Assembly: GCF_963921235.1 (NCBI RefSeq)
Contig: NC_086108.1
Location: 95,420,001 to 95,484,000 of the forward strand
Length of the DNA: 64,000 bases
Direction of reading: 5' to 3'
From: Mobula hypostoma
Lineage: Eukaryota
In this document: positions 26,088 through 38,291 of the stretch, piece by piece
Layout of the letters: every line of letters begins with the position of its first letter
Position numbering within the stretch: the first letter of the stretch is position 1
The notes under the pieces: model-generated
The model's input: the letters and a program-made list of their open reading frames with translations, nothing else
Databases searched by the model: none
Told to the model about the DNA's origin: nothing
Made by a program: the position numbers and the translations under genes

Positions 26088-26539
26088 CACCTCTTCCTAT
26101 AGATGCTGCTTGGCCTGCTGCGTTCACCAGCAACTTTGATGTATGTTGCTTGAAAGGTTAAGTGTCCATTTTATTGTACTAGGGGAGCATTCAATAGTCT
26201 TATCACAGCAGCATAATCTGTATGACATATGTTCTCTTCTAGTACTGGGTACATAGTCAGAGGAGGACCTGGGGATGCTTTCTCCACAGATGACTGCGTT
26301 ACTTTTGACCATGGAGACATGCTGCTGTACCAAATACCTGACAACGGAGGATTCCATTCCTTTGATTCAATATCCTTCACCCTGAGCCGAAGAAAAATGG
26401 AATATGAATGAACAACAGAACCCAACTTTGACCCTCAGCATGTGACTGGATGGGAGCGAGCAATTCTTTCTGACTCTGGACAATACCCGGGAACCTGTGC
26501 TTGAAATGTAACCCTACAGACGTCAGTTTGTTTGAGGGA

Positions 26540-27390
26540 CTGTTCCTGAACCTGGTGGTGTGAGTGCTGAGGCTCCTGTACTTTCTTCCTGATGGCAGCA
26601 AAGAGAAGAGAGCATGGCCTGGGTGGTGGGGGTCCCTGATGATGGATGCTGCTTTCCTGCGACGATGATCCATATAAATCTGCTCAATGGTGGGGAGGGC
26701 TTTGTCCATGGTGCACTGGGCTGTATCCATTACCTTTTGTAGGATTTTCCATTCAAGGGCATTGGTGTTTCCATACCAGGCTGGGATGCAGCCATACTCT
26801 CCACCATACATCTACTGAAGTTTGTCAAAGTTTTAGATGTCATGCCAAACCTTTGCAAACCTCCTATGGAACTAGAGGCGCTGCTGTGTTTTCTTCACAA
26901 TTGCACTTACATGCTGGGACAGGACAGGTCCTCCGAAACAATAACACCCTCGCCACCTCTGATTCTCCGATGAGGCCTGGCTCATGAACCTCTGGTTTCC
27001 TCTTCCTGAGGTTAATAATTATCTTCTTGCTGACATTGTGTAAGAAGCTGTTGCTGTGGTACCACTCAGTCAGATTTTCAATCTCTCTCCTAGATGCTGC
27101 TTTGTCATCATCTTTGATTTGCACAATGACATTTATGTCATTAGCAGACTTGAATATGGCATTGGAGGTGTGCTTAGCCTCACAGTGCTGAGTGTAAAGC
27201 GAGTAGAGCAGGGGTGGGGTGGGTAAGCACGCAGCCTCGTTGTTGTACGTGTGCTGATGGAGATTGTGGAGGAGATGTTGTTGCCAATCCAGACTGACTG
27301 GGGTGTGCAGGTGAGGACATCGAGGATCAAACTACAAAGGAGGTATTGAGGCAGAGATCTTGAAGCTTATTCGTTAGTCTCGAGGGAATG
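26540..27390 (-). mobile_element. Rex1-type LINE fragment
   Basis: CIPAWYGN..RKAASIIRDPHHPGHALFSLLPSGRKYRS. Confidence 0.8.
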
Positions 27391-27544
27391 ATGGCACAAT
27401 AAGAGACAATGAAGGGAAATGCTGGCAGACCAATACATTTCAGGCAGAACGAAGTGTGTATTTCACCAAATTCTTGATTTGCAGCAGTACTTGATGTCCT
27501 AGACTCTAACTACTGGAAAAATATTCTCTATGTCCACTCTACCT

Positions 27545-27908
27545 CATCATTATCATCATTAAGTGCTGTGTCATATGACCTACGTGAATACGGTGACCAT
27601 GATTGTTCTTGGCAAATTTTCCCCCAGAAGTGGTTTGCCATTGCCTTCTTCTGGGCAGTGTCTTTATGAGATGGGTGACCCCAGCAACTATCAATAGCCT
27701 TCAGAGATTGTCTGCCTTGCATCAGTGGTTGCATAGCCAGGAGTTGTGATACGCACCTGCTGCTCATATGACCATCCATCACTCGCTCCCGTGGCTTCAC
27801 ATGACTCTGATTGGTGGGGACTAAGCATCTTGCCCAAGGGTGGCTTGCTCACTCGCAGAGGGAAGGAGTGCCTTACATCCCTTTTGGTAGAGATGTACTT
27901 CCACCCCA
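27545..27908 (-). mobile_element. RTE/BovB-related SINE-like repeat
   Basis: gaagtggtttgccattgccttct motif and (tca)n tail; a homolog in + orientation lies at 56430-57390. Confidence 0.65.
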
Positions 27909-28054
27909 TCATCTATCTAGGCTTCAAGTTAGAAGCTAACTTCACAGATGATAGTAAGATGACCTTGGAAATCTCAGTCCATCCCCTATTGGATAAGTAC
28001 TTAAATCACTACTAGAGTCATTTCCATCTGTGTGTGTGTGTCACAATCAAGGAT

Positions 28055-29810
28055 TCTCAGAAACATAGACAAGGTGCCATACATGAGGCTGCTTAACATG
28101 TTATGAGCCCATGATATTACAGGAAAGATTCTAGCATGGATAAAGCAGAGGCTGATTTGCAGGAGGCAAAGAATGGGAATAAAGGGAGCCTTTTCTGATT
28201 GGCTGCCAGTGACTAGTGGTGTTACATTGGGGTCTGCGTTGGGACCAATTTTTTTACATTAGATATCAATGATTTGGATGATGGAATTGATGGCTTTGTT
28301 GTAAAGTTTGCAGATGATATGAAGGCAGCTGGAGATAATTTTGAAGAAGTAGAGAGGCTACAGAAGGACTTAAATTAGGAGAATAGGCAAAGAAACAGCC
28401 AATGGAATACAGTATCAGGGATTGTATCGTCATGCACTTTGGTAGAAAAAAAGAAGAGGCTGACTATTTTCTAAATGGGGAGAAAATACAAAAAACTGAG
28501 ATGCAAAGGGACTTGGAAGTCCTTGTGCATGATTCCATAAAGGTTAATTTGCGGGTTGAGTCCGTGGTGAGGAAAGCAAGTGAAATGTTAGCTTTAATTT
28601 CAAGTGGACTGTAACATAAAAGCAAGGATATAATGTTGAAACTTTATAAAGCACTGGCGAGCCTCACTTGGAGTGTTGTGAGCAGTTTTGGGCTCTTTAT
28701 CTTAGAAAGGATGTGGCCTCTCTTTTGGCCAGACGTGCAGTTCTTCTTAGGTGGAGAGATGTTGCCCCACCCACTCAATCTCAATGGCTCAGAGATATTA
28801 TGTCCTGCTTAGATCTTGAGAAGATTCATTATTCACTTCTTAATTCGGGCATAAAGTTCAAAAAGGTGTGGGGACCTTTTGTTGAATATTTTCATAATTC
28901 CCGTTTAGATTAAGGGTTTATCCCTCCTTTTTTTTTCTTTTGCATTTAAATCTCCTACTTCCAGCTTCTTTCGGTTAAGACCTATGATTTTTTTTTGATG
29001 TGTAAACATATTATAGCTCAAGTAATAGGCAATATACCTTCTTTTTATAAATACAGCTCTGTGGTGATAAAAGTTCTGATCAACTTTTCTATATATCGTA
29101 AGGTTGGCTTGGAGTTGGGTAGTGGGAGGGTGGGGTGATAACTAACTTTATACGATTCTACTATGGGTTCTTTTCCTTAACTGTTATGAACTGTACATTT
29201 GATATGTTTGTTTTGCACTGTATAAACCTCTTTTTTTAACTGTTTTTTTGTTGTTGCATTGTAGAAACTTATAAAAAAATTAATAATAAAAAAAAAGGAT
29301 GTGCTGAAACTGGAGAGGGTTCAAAGGAGATTCACGAAAATGATTCCAGGATTGAATGGCTTGTCATATGAAGAGCATCTGATGGCTCTGGGCCTGTATT
29401 CACTAGAATTCAGGAGAATGAAGGATGACCTAACTGAAACCTATTGAATGTTGAAAGGTCTTCTTAGAGCAGATGTGGAGTGTATGTTTCCTTTGGTGAG
29501 AGAAACTAAGACCAGAGGACACAGCCTCAGAATAGAGGGACGTCCTTTTAGAACGGAGATGCGGAATTTCTTTAGCTAGAGGGTGGTGAATCTGTGGAAT
29601 TTTTTGCCACAAGCAACTGTCGAGGCCACGTCTTTATGTGCATTTAAGGCAGAAGTTGATAGGTTCTTGATTGACCAGGGCATGAAGAGATACCAGGAGA
29701 TGGCAGGAGATTGGGGCTGAGAGGAAAATTGGATCAGCCATGATGAAATGGTGGAACAGACTCGATGGGCCACATGGCCTACTTCTGTTGCTATATCTTA
29801 TGGTCTTATC
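28055..29810 (+). mobile_element. CR1 LINE (RT and 3' end) interrupted by an L1 fragment
   Basis: DKVPHMRL..VTSGV..KFADD..VMHFG..RDLEVLV; ends tatatcttatggtctta. Confidence 0.9.
28716..29293 (+). mobile_element. L1-type 3' fragment with poly(A) tail
   Basis: TSD AAAGGATGTG at 28706-28715 and 29294-29303; ARRAVLLRWRD..WLRDIMSCLDLEKI..WGPF matches the end of the L1 at 52800-52970. Confidence 0.9.
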
Positions 29811-31054
29811 TATGTGCCTCCGCAGGCGGGCTGCACAACAGGGTTGGCAATTGCGGTTGTGAGTATCCACATTCCAGCTAATTATTGTCTCATTATAGGA
29901 GTATTTCACTCCCTTCTTTCCATTATCGTCCTGTCAAGATTTGATCCAAAATGCAGCAACATCCTGCTCAGTGCTTATCTTGTCCTTGTCCGGGAAAGAG
30001 GACTGCCGTTTTGACACTCTGTAAAGGAGCGATACTCATTTAGCACTTAGTTATTGCTTCCAGCTACAGTGTTGGCATTAAGCTCTCAGTTTGTGAGTTT
30101 TAGTTACAGCCCTGTTGGCCTGTCATTTATTGTTTTTTTTCTTTTAAGTTCTACAACAGTTCTCATTAAAGTCAGTGAACAGTTGACCCACTTCAGTGCC
30201 TCTCTCTGTCCTCACTTGGGCCATATCCGAACATTCTGACAGCGTGTCCCTGGGAGCAGCCAGTTGATCAGAGAGCCCTCTATCATGCAGTTGTTCAGGA
30301 TGAATCATGACACAGGCCCTTGCTCCTTTCTCCATACCGTCATTGCAAACCCACCGTCTACAAAGAGGTGAGGAACTGTCTCTTCACGAATAACAACCGT
30401 TTCCAGAGAAGAGCATGGGAGAAATTAAAAGAAGGGAAAAATGTAACAGTCATATTATTTTTCGGAATGTCATACTTTAATGAAAGGGAAGATTTGCACA
30501 GTTTCTTATATAACAATATCAAAGTGTATCTACTTTCAGCATAGACCTTGCAGGAATTTTACATCTGTTTTATCTCCTTTATAGCACACATTTTGAAACC
30601 AAGTTACTACATTCTAATTGGGAAACATTTACAGCAACGTGCTCTGTTACACCACAAGGTTCACAATTACCCAAATGGTCATTTTAGAACAGAAATAGGC
30701 CTATTGGAAAATGATTTTGTGTAAACTGTGCTTAAAACTCAGCTCTCTACAGCATTCAGCTTTCAGTGAACTCTGCAAGCAATCTCGACTATTATTAAAA
30801 GAGCATCAAGCACAGCTTGTCTCAAACTCAGAGCTAATGTAATTGCACTATAAAGGGCTTTTTTGCCCTTGGCTATGTTAATGGAAATCTGGGCCAGAAC
30901 AGGTTACAGAATAGGCAGCCTGTCAAAAATGTACTCAAGAGCCTCTGGCCCCATGCAGGAATAGAGTAAGATATCGTGTTATTTCCATTATTAATTGTTT
31001 ATTCATATGGATGTTACCCAGAGCCATATTGACAATCAACCACTGCTTATGTTT

Positions 31055-31262
31055 TGGAGACACAGGAGACTGCAGATGCTGGAATCTGCAGCGACATGTG
31101 GTCTGCTGGAAGAACTTAGTAGGTCGAGCAGCATCTGTGGATGGGAAGGAATTGTTGATGTTTTGGGTCAAAATCCCAATGTCTGAAACAGAGGCAATTC
31201 CTTTCTTCCCACATATGCTGCTTTGAGCCATCGAGTTCTTCCAGCAGATTGTTTTTGTTACT
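31055..31262. mobile_element. Fold-back PLE-repeat derivative
   Basis: gactgcagatgctggaatc...ctgctggaagaact...gcagcatctgtgg opposite ccacatatgctgc...gagttcttccagcag. Confidence 0.75.
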
Positions 31263-32632
31263 GCTTCGTTTTTTTTTCAGTAAACAGAGAGATCATTTAA
31301 GCTGGGTGAAAAGGTTACTACTCAGGCTGATCACCCCTACTGGGGCATAAGCCTCTGACAGCAGCTCAACAGGGTCCTCTTTCGAGGGCCAGTCTTTCAA
31401 GTTGGCGTAGCACATCGAGACAAAGTTCCTTGCTCTCCCAGGGATGAGGTCTTTGGAGCTTTCTGTAGCTCTGGGTTTTTGTGGGATAGGATTGCTAGCT
31501 CCCTGCCCAATCCTCCTCCTTTCACACCTGGGCTTGGGACCATCTGTTGTGGAGTGGAAAATGTTGTATTTTTATTCAAATTTAAACATTTATGATCGAT
31601 TATCTCAAAATTATTTATTATTTTTTTCTAAGCTCAGGTATGAAATCAAGGTAAACGATTGCAATAACCTACATCTTGGAACAGAATCTACTCCCCTGGT
31701 TGCCCTCAGCACCACCAGTGGATTCAAGTTCCCACTCAGAGTTTGGTACTTCCCATCATCAGCCTAATGAGTCAAACTGTCACCAGCATTTACACAAATG
31801 AATGTTCATGACACTTGTCTGGCACTCTTCACAAAAAACTCATTGCAGAGAGAGACGACATCTGAGAAAGAACAACTTAGACAAATCCTGCATTGCAATT
31901 CTCAACTTTCTCCTATGTAGTCCCTAGACAAAAGCTCATGGGGGTTATTTTCAGTTGCAAATTGAATTGGTTTATTATCATCAAATGTACAGTAAAAAAC
32001 TTGTCTTGCATACTGTTCATACAAATCAATTCTTTACCCAGTGCATTGAGGTGATTGCTTGATTGGTTGTCCGTCAAATCCAGTGATGACTGTGAAACCT
32101 GAGTGGGAGAGATTTTTTTTAAAGTGGAAATGCTGCTGCACTATGGCAGGTCCACTCTCTTGACCTCAGAAGTCCAGGTCCAGTGGTACAAGCAGTCAGC
32201 ACGAACTGTGAGTTCTTCCTTGCTTGCAGTGGACTTCTTCTGTGCCTTGTCCTCCCTTCGTTCTCCACGAAGTGTCGCAATTGGATCTCATCTGCCCAGT
32301 CTGCTGGAGCCAATCTGGCATGCTAGGACAGGCATGTCTCTATCTCACTGAGATATGAACCCCGCCGCCTACCCTCACCTGGGTTTAGCCCACCTGTCAA
32401 AAGAGTGTACCAGGGCATGGACTCTGTCACAAACCAACGGAGCCTCAGGCAGGAGCCGAGTGTCCAGTAGGGACCAAAGGTGAGTGAGTTGCCCCAGAAT
32501 GGACATGACAAGTCTTTTGATCAGAAGTGATACTTCTCAATGGACACCTCATACACTCCTACTGAAATAACACAACACAGAATTAACTGCTACAGTAAGA
32601 GAAAGTGCAATGCAGGTAGACAATAAGATCAT

Positions 32633-35164
32633 TGTGTTTGTTCTTAATAAAGACAAGTAGCGTGGGTAAACGCTAAAACACTTTCATTTACAGAATGGCT
32701 TCAGCTCAACCTGAGAACGTGTGACCAGTTCACCCAGTCCTGGGTGAGCCTACTGCATTGCCCACTGAGAACTGAAGTTGTTTATTATGTACTGTATACA
32801 TAATAACACATCTTCCCCCTTTAAAGAAAAACAAACATGATACCATATCCTCACAGACCTGAAAGGAACAACAATTCTTTCCAGCGAAGATATCTACATT
32901 AACTTCAATTCTAATGAGCAAATACAGTTTCTAATTCATTCATCAACTTTCAGTCAATCTCTGAGGTGGTTTGGTTTGATGATCCCTTTTGGTCTACTAT
33001 TTGCTTCCACAGATACATTGTTTTCAAATGCTGTGTTAATATTAGTGTCTTTCTGAGAACTCTGATCAACACGTTCATTTCTTTTACACCCTTCTACCAG
33101 GATCCTATCTGTTCATGTCTGTTCTTGTTCTTGCTATGTGACCATAATTTACTCTAAGTACCCCACAATGAAGCTCTGGACTGCATCTATGTGATCAATG
33201 AGTCTTTGCACAAGTTTCAACCAATTCTGCCTCAATTCACAGAACTCTTTCTGTTGGCTGTGTACCATGGGTAGCAACTCCTCCTGTTGGTTTATGTTGA
33301 ACTGTTGGCTGTTGTTCTGATCTTGGTGACTGTGTGTTCTCCCCACCTTCCTTTTTTATTTTTCCTCTTCAACTTCGGAGAGGATCATGGAGATATTTTT
33401 GATTTCCAGTCGTTAACAGGAAGTCTACGAGAGACAGATTTTGAACTAAAGCTGAATGATGTGGAAGTAACTTCTCCATCATGATCACTCTGTTCAGCAC
33501 TGGCATCCTGACTGTCATGCTGGTGTAGCTGGTATAGATGTCCGTGGAAAATGGAGTTCCCGTGCTTCTCTTGCATAACCTATCTGGAGCTCTCATGGAT
33601 TCTGTTACAAGTTTCTCCAGTTACATCAGGTTAACATCTGAGCCCCTTAAGGATGTCTGCACACTCTTCCGTGAGTGTTTTGTGGTCACGTTTGGTCTGT
33701 GAAGCCACTACGAAGATTCTTTTCACATACTTTCAGACCTAATATTGGTTGCACTCTCTTTTCAAAAATCAGTAGCTGTGTCTTTAGGTGCTGTCCTTGT
33801 GCTTGAAGGTCACTATACAGCCCCCTTTTACTGGAATGTTTCCTCCAGTATAGCCTGTCACTTTTAACTTCACTGGGTAAATCTTGCTCTTTGCTTTGTG
33901 AGTTTTGTAATCATCCGTACACAACAGATTCACCTGGGCTCCAGTGTCAAGCTTGAATGGAATTACTGTCTCATTCACAGTTTCTGGAACAATCCATTCT
34001 GTTTTACCAGCACCAGCAGCCTGTAGAGAATCCACAAAAACCTCCTCCACTTCCTCAGCAACCCTGTGAACCTTTCTCTCAGTAGCCTCAGCTGTGCAGC
34101 ACTTTGCAAAATGATTCTTCTTCCCATAATTATTTCAGGTCTTTCCATAAGAAGGACAAGTCATTGGGATGCATTTGCTGCATTTGTTGTTTGACCCTAC
34201 CTCTTTGTTTTGCTGGTGCTTTGGGGAACACCTTGTACCCTTCCCCTATGTTTTCACAGCATGCACTGTTGTGCTGACCCTGTCCAGCTCCTTAGCTTGT
34301 GATCATGTGGTCTCTGCTGCCCTATGCATATCTGCAGCCCTTTCCAGTGTCAAATCTTTTTCACGGAGCTATCTTTCTCTGAGCCCATTATCTGGGATTC
34401 CTCAAACTATTTTGTCTCGAACTAGTGAGTCTCTCAAATCTCCAAACTCACAGGACTTGCTCAGTGCGTGAAGCTCTGCTAAGTGTGGGTCAAAGCTAAC
34501 ACTTTGTTTCCGACCACAGAAAAGAAAATCATATCTCTCAAACGTTATGTTTTTACTTGGGACAAAATACTTCTCAAATTTTGTCATCAGAGTGTCCAAT
34601 GACACTCATGAATCCAAAAGCTGTTATAGATGTCCAAAGCATCTTCACCAATTATATTCAGAATAATAGATGTGTTTCACTTTTTGCCAGCTCCTCCCAC
34701 TCTGCTGGCTGCTAAATATATATTGAATTGCTGTTGGAAATATTTCCAGTTATCAGTTAGATTGCCGGTAAAATGCATGGGTGTGGGAGGACTTTGGTTA
34801 TCCACGACGAGAATTTTTGGCCTCTCACCTAAGTTCCTCTCGGTGAATTCTGGAACAACATGGTCTCCTGCCTTGCTGGCTGTCTTTTTCTCCCCCTGTT
34901 GGAACTAGCATCTTTTTCTCAGCCTCTCGCGGTACTCGTTTACACTGTGTGTTTAGACTTTGCGCTGACTTCTGACACCAGTTTATGTTTGTTTTTAATA
35001 AAGGCAAACGTGTGGGTAAATGCTAGAACATTTTTATTTACAGAATGGCTTCAGCTTGACTTGTGCACGTGCGACCAGCATACTGATGTCATTTCCGGTT
35101 CCGGGTGAACCATCTGCATTGCCCACTGGGAATTGAATTTCTTTATTATTTACAAAATAACTCA
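32633..35164 (-). mobile_element. Internally deleted Gypsy/Ty3 LTR retrotransposon
   Basis: Diverged LTRs ~34981-35164 and ~32633-32810; PBS TGGTGTCAGAAGT (34968-34980, tRNA-Leu type); PPT AAAGGGGGAAGA (32811-32822); gag (KNITFERY..CEFGDLRDSLVRDKIV) and protease FKLDTGAQVN; no RT, RNase H or integrase core seen. Confidence 0.85.
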
Positions 35165-36566
35165 GTCATAACAAGGTAGATAGAGAGTTCAATAGTCCAT
35201 CTCATCATACTAGGGGAACCATTCAATAGTTTTCTTACAGTGTTGCTAATGTTGTGAAGAGTAGGTGATGTTGTATAATCTGGATCCATCTATCATATAC
35301 CCCTCTGAACATTTTCTAATCATGTACCTGTCCAAACATCTTTTAAATGTTGTAATTGTACCCTCTTCAACCAACTCCTCTGACAGCACATTCCACATAC
35401 CCACCACCCTTTGAGTGAAAAAAAAAACTTGCCTCTCAGATTCTCTGTTAAATCTTTCCTTTCTCAAGCTCTCTTGTGCTCTTTTCTCACTGCTGCCATC
35501 AGGAAGAAGGTACTGGAGCCTCAGGAATCGCCCCACCAAGTTCAGGAACGGTTATTATCCCCCAACTATCAGGCTCCTGAACCACTGGAGATAACTTCAC
35601 TCAATTTCACTTGCCCCATCCCTGAACTGTTCCCACAACCAATGGACTCACTTTCACAGTCTCTTCATCTCATGTTCTCAGTGTTTACCCATTCATTCAT
35701 CCATCTATATATATATATATTTATTATTACATGTTTTCTTTTGTATTTGCACAGTTGGTTGTCTTTTTCACATTGGTTGTTTTACTGTCCTGTAGGGTGT
35801 GGTCTTCCATTGACTCCATTATCCTTCTTGGGCTTACTGAGTATGCCCACAAGAAAACAAAACTCAGAATTGGATATGGTGATATATATGTACTTTGGTA
35901 ATAAGATGACTTTGAACTTTGACATTTGAAGCTTAAACCTCGAGCTTATGTTTGGCTTCGTTGTAGCAGTGCAGTAGACCACACAGATCAGAGTGGGAGT
36001 GGAGTGGTAGATTAAAGTGGAAGCTCTGGGTCACCCCTATCAACTGAGCACTGAAGTTTTATAATTGCAATCAGTGTTTCTGCCTTCATGACATTTTCAA
36101 TCACTGGGTTCCTGTTGTTCATGCATTGACAATTTTTTTTTCTCTCTGCAGATCCCTCCAATTCTTCTTTCTATTCCACGTACTCAATACCTGCGAGTTA
36201 CATTCCTTTCAGCTCTCAGGAAAAGGCCGTTTCTTGTTGACTTGCTCGTCATAGTTGAATTAAATCTTTCCTCACCTTCCTCAGTTCCAAACAGGAAACA
36301 ATACCTGGCCCAGCGAAATCAGACAGTGTTATGCACTCCCTCTGTACCTCTCACTGCTGCCCCATTCTTCCTTGCAATCTAGTCCAGTTGCTGCAATGTT
36401 TTCTCAGCACACAAAATTCATTTTGAATAGTTTTTAAAAAACTATTATGCTAATCAGAAACAGGTATGAGTTCTATTTTGAGGAGAGAATAAAATCTTGC
36501 AGGGCATATCCATGGAAAAGAACATGATTCATCTTACTTTTCTTTCAACCAGTCCTTTTTTTTTTG

Positions 36567-37510
36567 GCACCATAAGACCATAAGACATAGAAGCAGAATT
36601 GGGCCATTTGGCCCATTGAGTCTGCTCCACCATTCGATCATGGCTGATCCTTTTTCTCCCCTCCTCAGCCCCACTCCCCTGACTTCTCCCCATAACCTTT
36701 GATGCCGTGGCCAATCAAGAACCTATTAATCTCCACCTTAAATACACTCAACGACCTGGCCTCCACAACTGCCTGTGGTAACAAATTCCACAAATTTACC
36801 ACCGTCTGGCTAAAGAAATTTCTCTGCATCTTGGTTTTAACTGGATGCCCCTCTATCCTGAGGCTGTGCCCTCTTGTCCTAGACTCCCCCACCATGGGAA
36901 ACACTCTTTCCACATCTACTTAGTCAAACCTTTCAACATTGGAAAGGTTTCGATGAGATCCCTCCTCATCCTTCTAAATTCCAGTGTGTATAGGCCCAGA
37001 GCCATCAAATATTCCTCATTTGATAACCCTTTCATTTCTGGAATCATCCTTGGGAACTTCCTCTGAACCCTCTCCAATGCCAGCACAACTTTTCTCAGAT
37101 AAGGAACTCAAAACTGTTCACAATACTCAGGGTGAGGCCTCACCAGCGCCTTATAAAGTCTCAGCATCACATCCCTGCTCTTATATTCTAGACCTCTTGA
37201 AATGAATGCTAACATTGCATTAGTCTTCCTCACCACCGACTCTACTTGCAAGTTAACCTTTAGGGTGTTCTACACAAGGACTCACAAGTCCCTTTGCATC
37301 TCAGATTTTTGGATTTTCTGCATATTTATTCCTTCTATCAAAGTGCATGACCATGCATTTTCCAACATTGTATTTCATTTGCCACTTTCTTGCCCATTCT
37401 CCTAATCTGTCTAAGTCCTTTTGCAGCCTTCCTGTTTCCTCAACACGACCTGCCCGTCCACCAATCTTTATATCACCTGCAAACTTGGCAACAAAGCCAT
37501 CTATTCCATC
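36567..37510 (-). mobile_element. CR1 LINE 3' fragment
   Basis: ERVFPMVGESRTRGHSLRI..RNFFSQTVVNLWN; tail ccataagaccataagacatag. Confidence 0.9.
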
Positions 37511-38291
37511 AGATTTTCCAGCCAGAAGTGACCTGAAACTTAGGCCACACCCTGAGAAACGTTCCTAAAGTTCCTCAACTTTAGAGAAAAGTACCTAACG
37601 TTTTCTCCCCGCCCCCATCATGCAATTTATAATTTAATGCATTTAATGTGTTCTACATATATTCTATAATCCTGTCATAGAACATAGAATAGCACAGCAC
37701 AGTACAGGCCCTTTGGCCCAAGTTGTTGTGCTGATTTTTTAACCTACTCCAAGATCAATCTAACCTTTCCCTTCCAAATAACTCTCCGTGTTTCTTTCAT
37801 CCATGTGTCTATCTCAGAGTCCCTTAAGTATCCCTAACCTGTCTGGTGCCCCCCCACAGTGTGTCCCACTCATTTATCACCTGCTGTGTAAATAACTTAC
37901 CTCTGATATTCCCCCCTATATGCTCCTCCAATCACTTTAAAATTACAAATTTTTATATTAGCCATTGCCAAGTCTCAAATCACTTCCGGCTGGAAAGTCT
38001 CCTTTGTGCTGCTTAGGCAGGATTCCGGTATAATCTTAAATCAGGAAAGCTCCGTCTGCAGACAATAGCTTTACACCACTGGCTCCTTGATGCAAACTTC
38101 TTAAGGGCTGAGGATGGAATAGAGAGTTCTGCATGAATACCACATCTGCACATAATTTTGATGTAAAAGTAAACTTAATGTCTGACTGAGGAGTCGGGAC
38201 AGGCCAGCCACATAGTCCCACTCTACCGTGAGATTGTTGTTGATCTGATTATGACAAGTCTATATTTCCACCTCTCCTTGGAGGCCTGTGA

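Larger units (their letters stand above)
23723..26149 (+). mobile_element. Young 5'-truncated Penelope-like element (Neptune-type)
   Basis: 14-bp TSD TTGAAAGGTTAAGT at 23709-23722 and 26150-26163; RT-endonuclease ORF; pyrimidine-rich 3' repeat carrying a hammerhead motif. Confidence 0.95.

Noticed and set aside
29968..30018. TAVLFPGQG peptide resembling malonyl-CoA:ACP transacylase
   Set aside because: A stop follows within a few codons and there is no further similarity.
37985..38290. Possible minus-strand exon (NNNLTVEWDYVAGLSRLL...)
   Set aside because: Stops occur in all frames, there is no clear donor site, and I recognise no homology.
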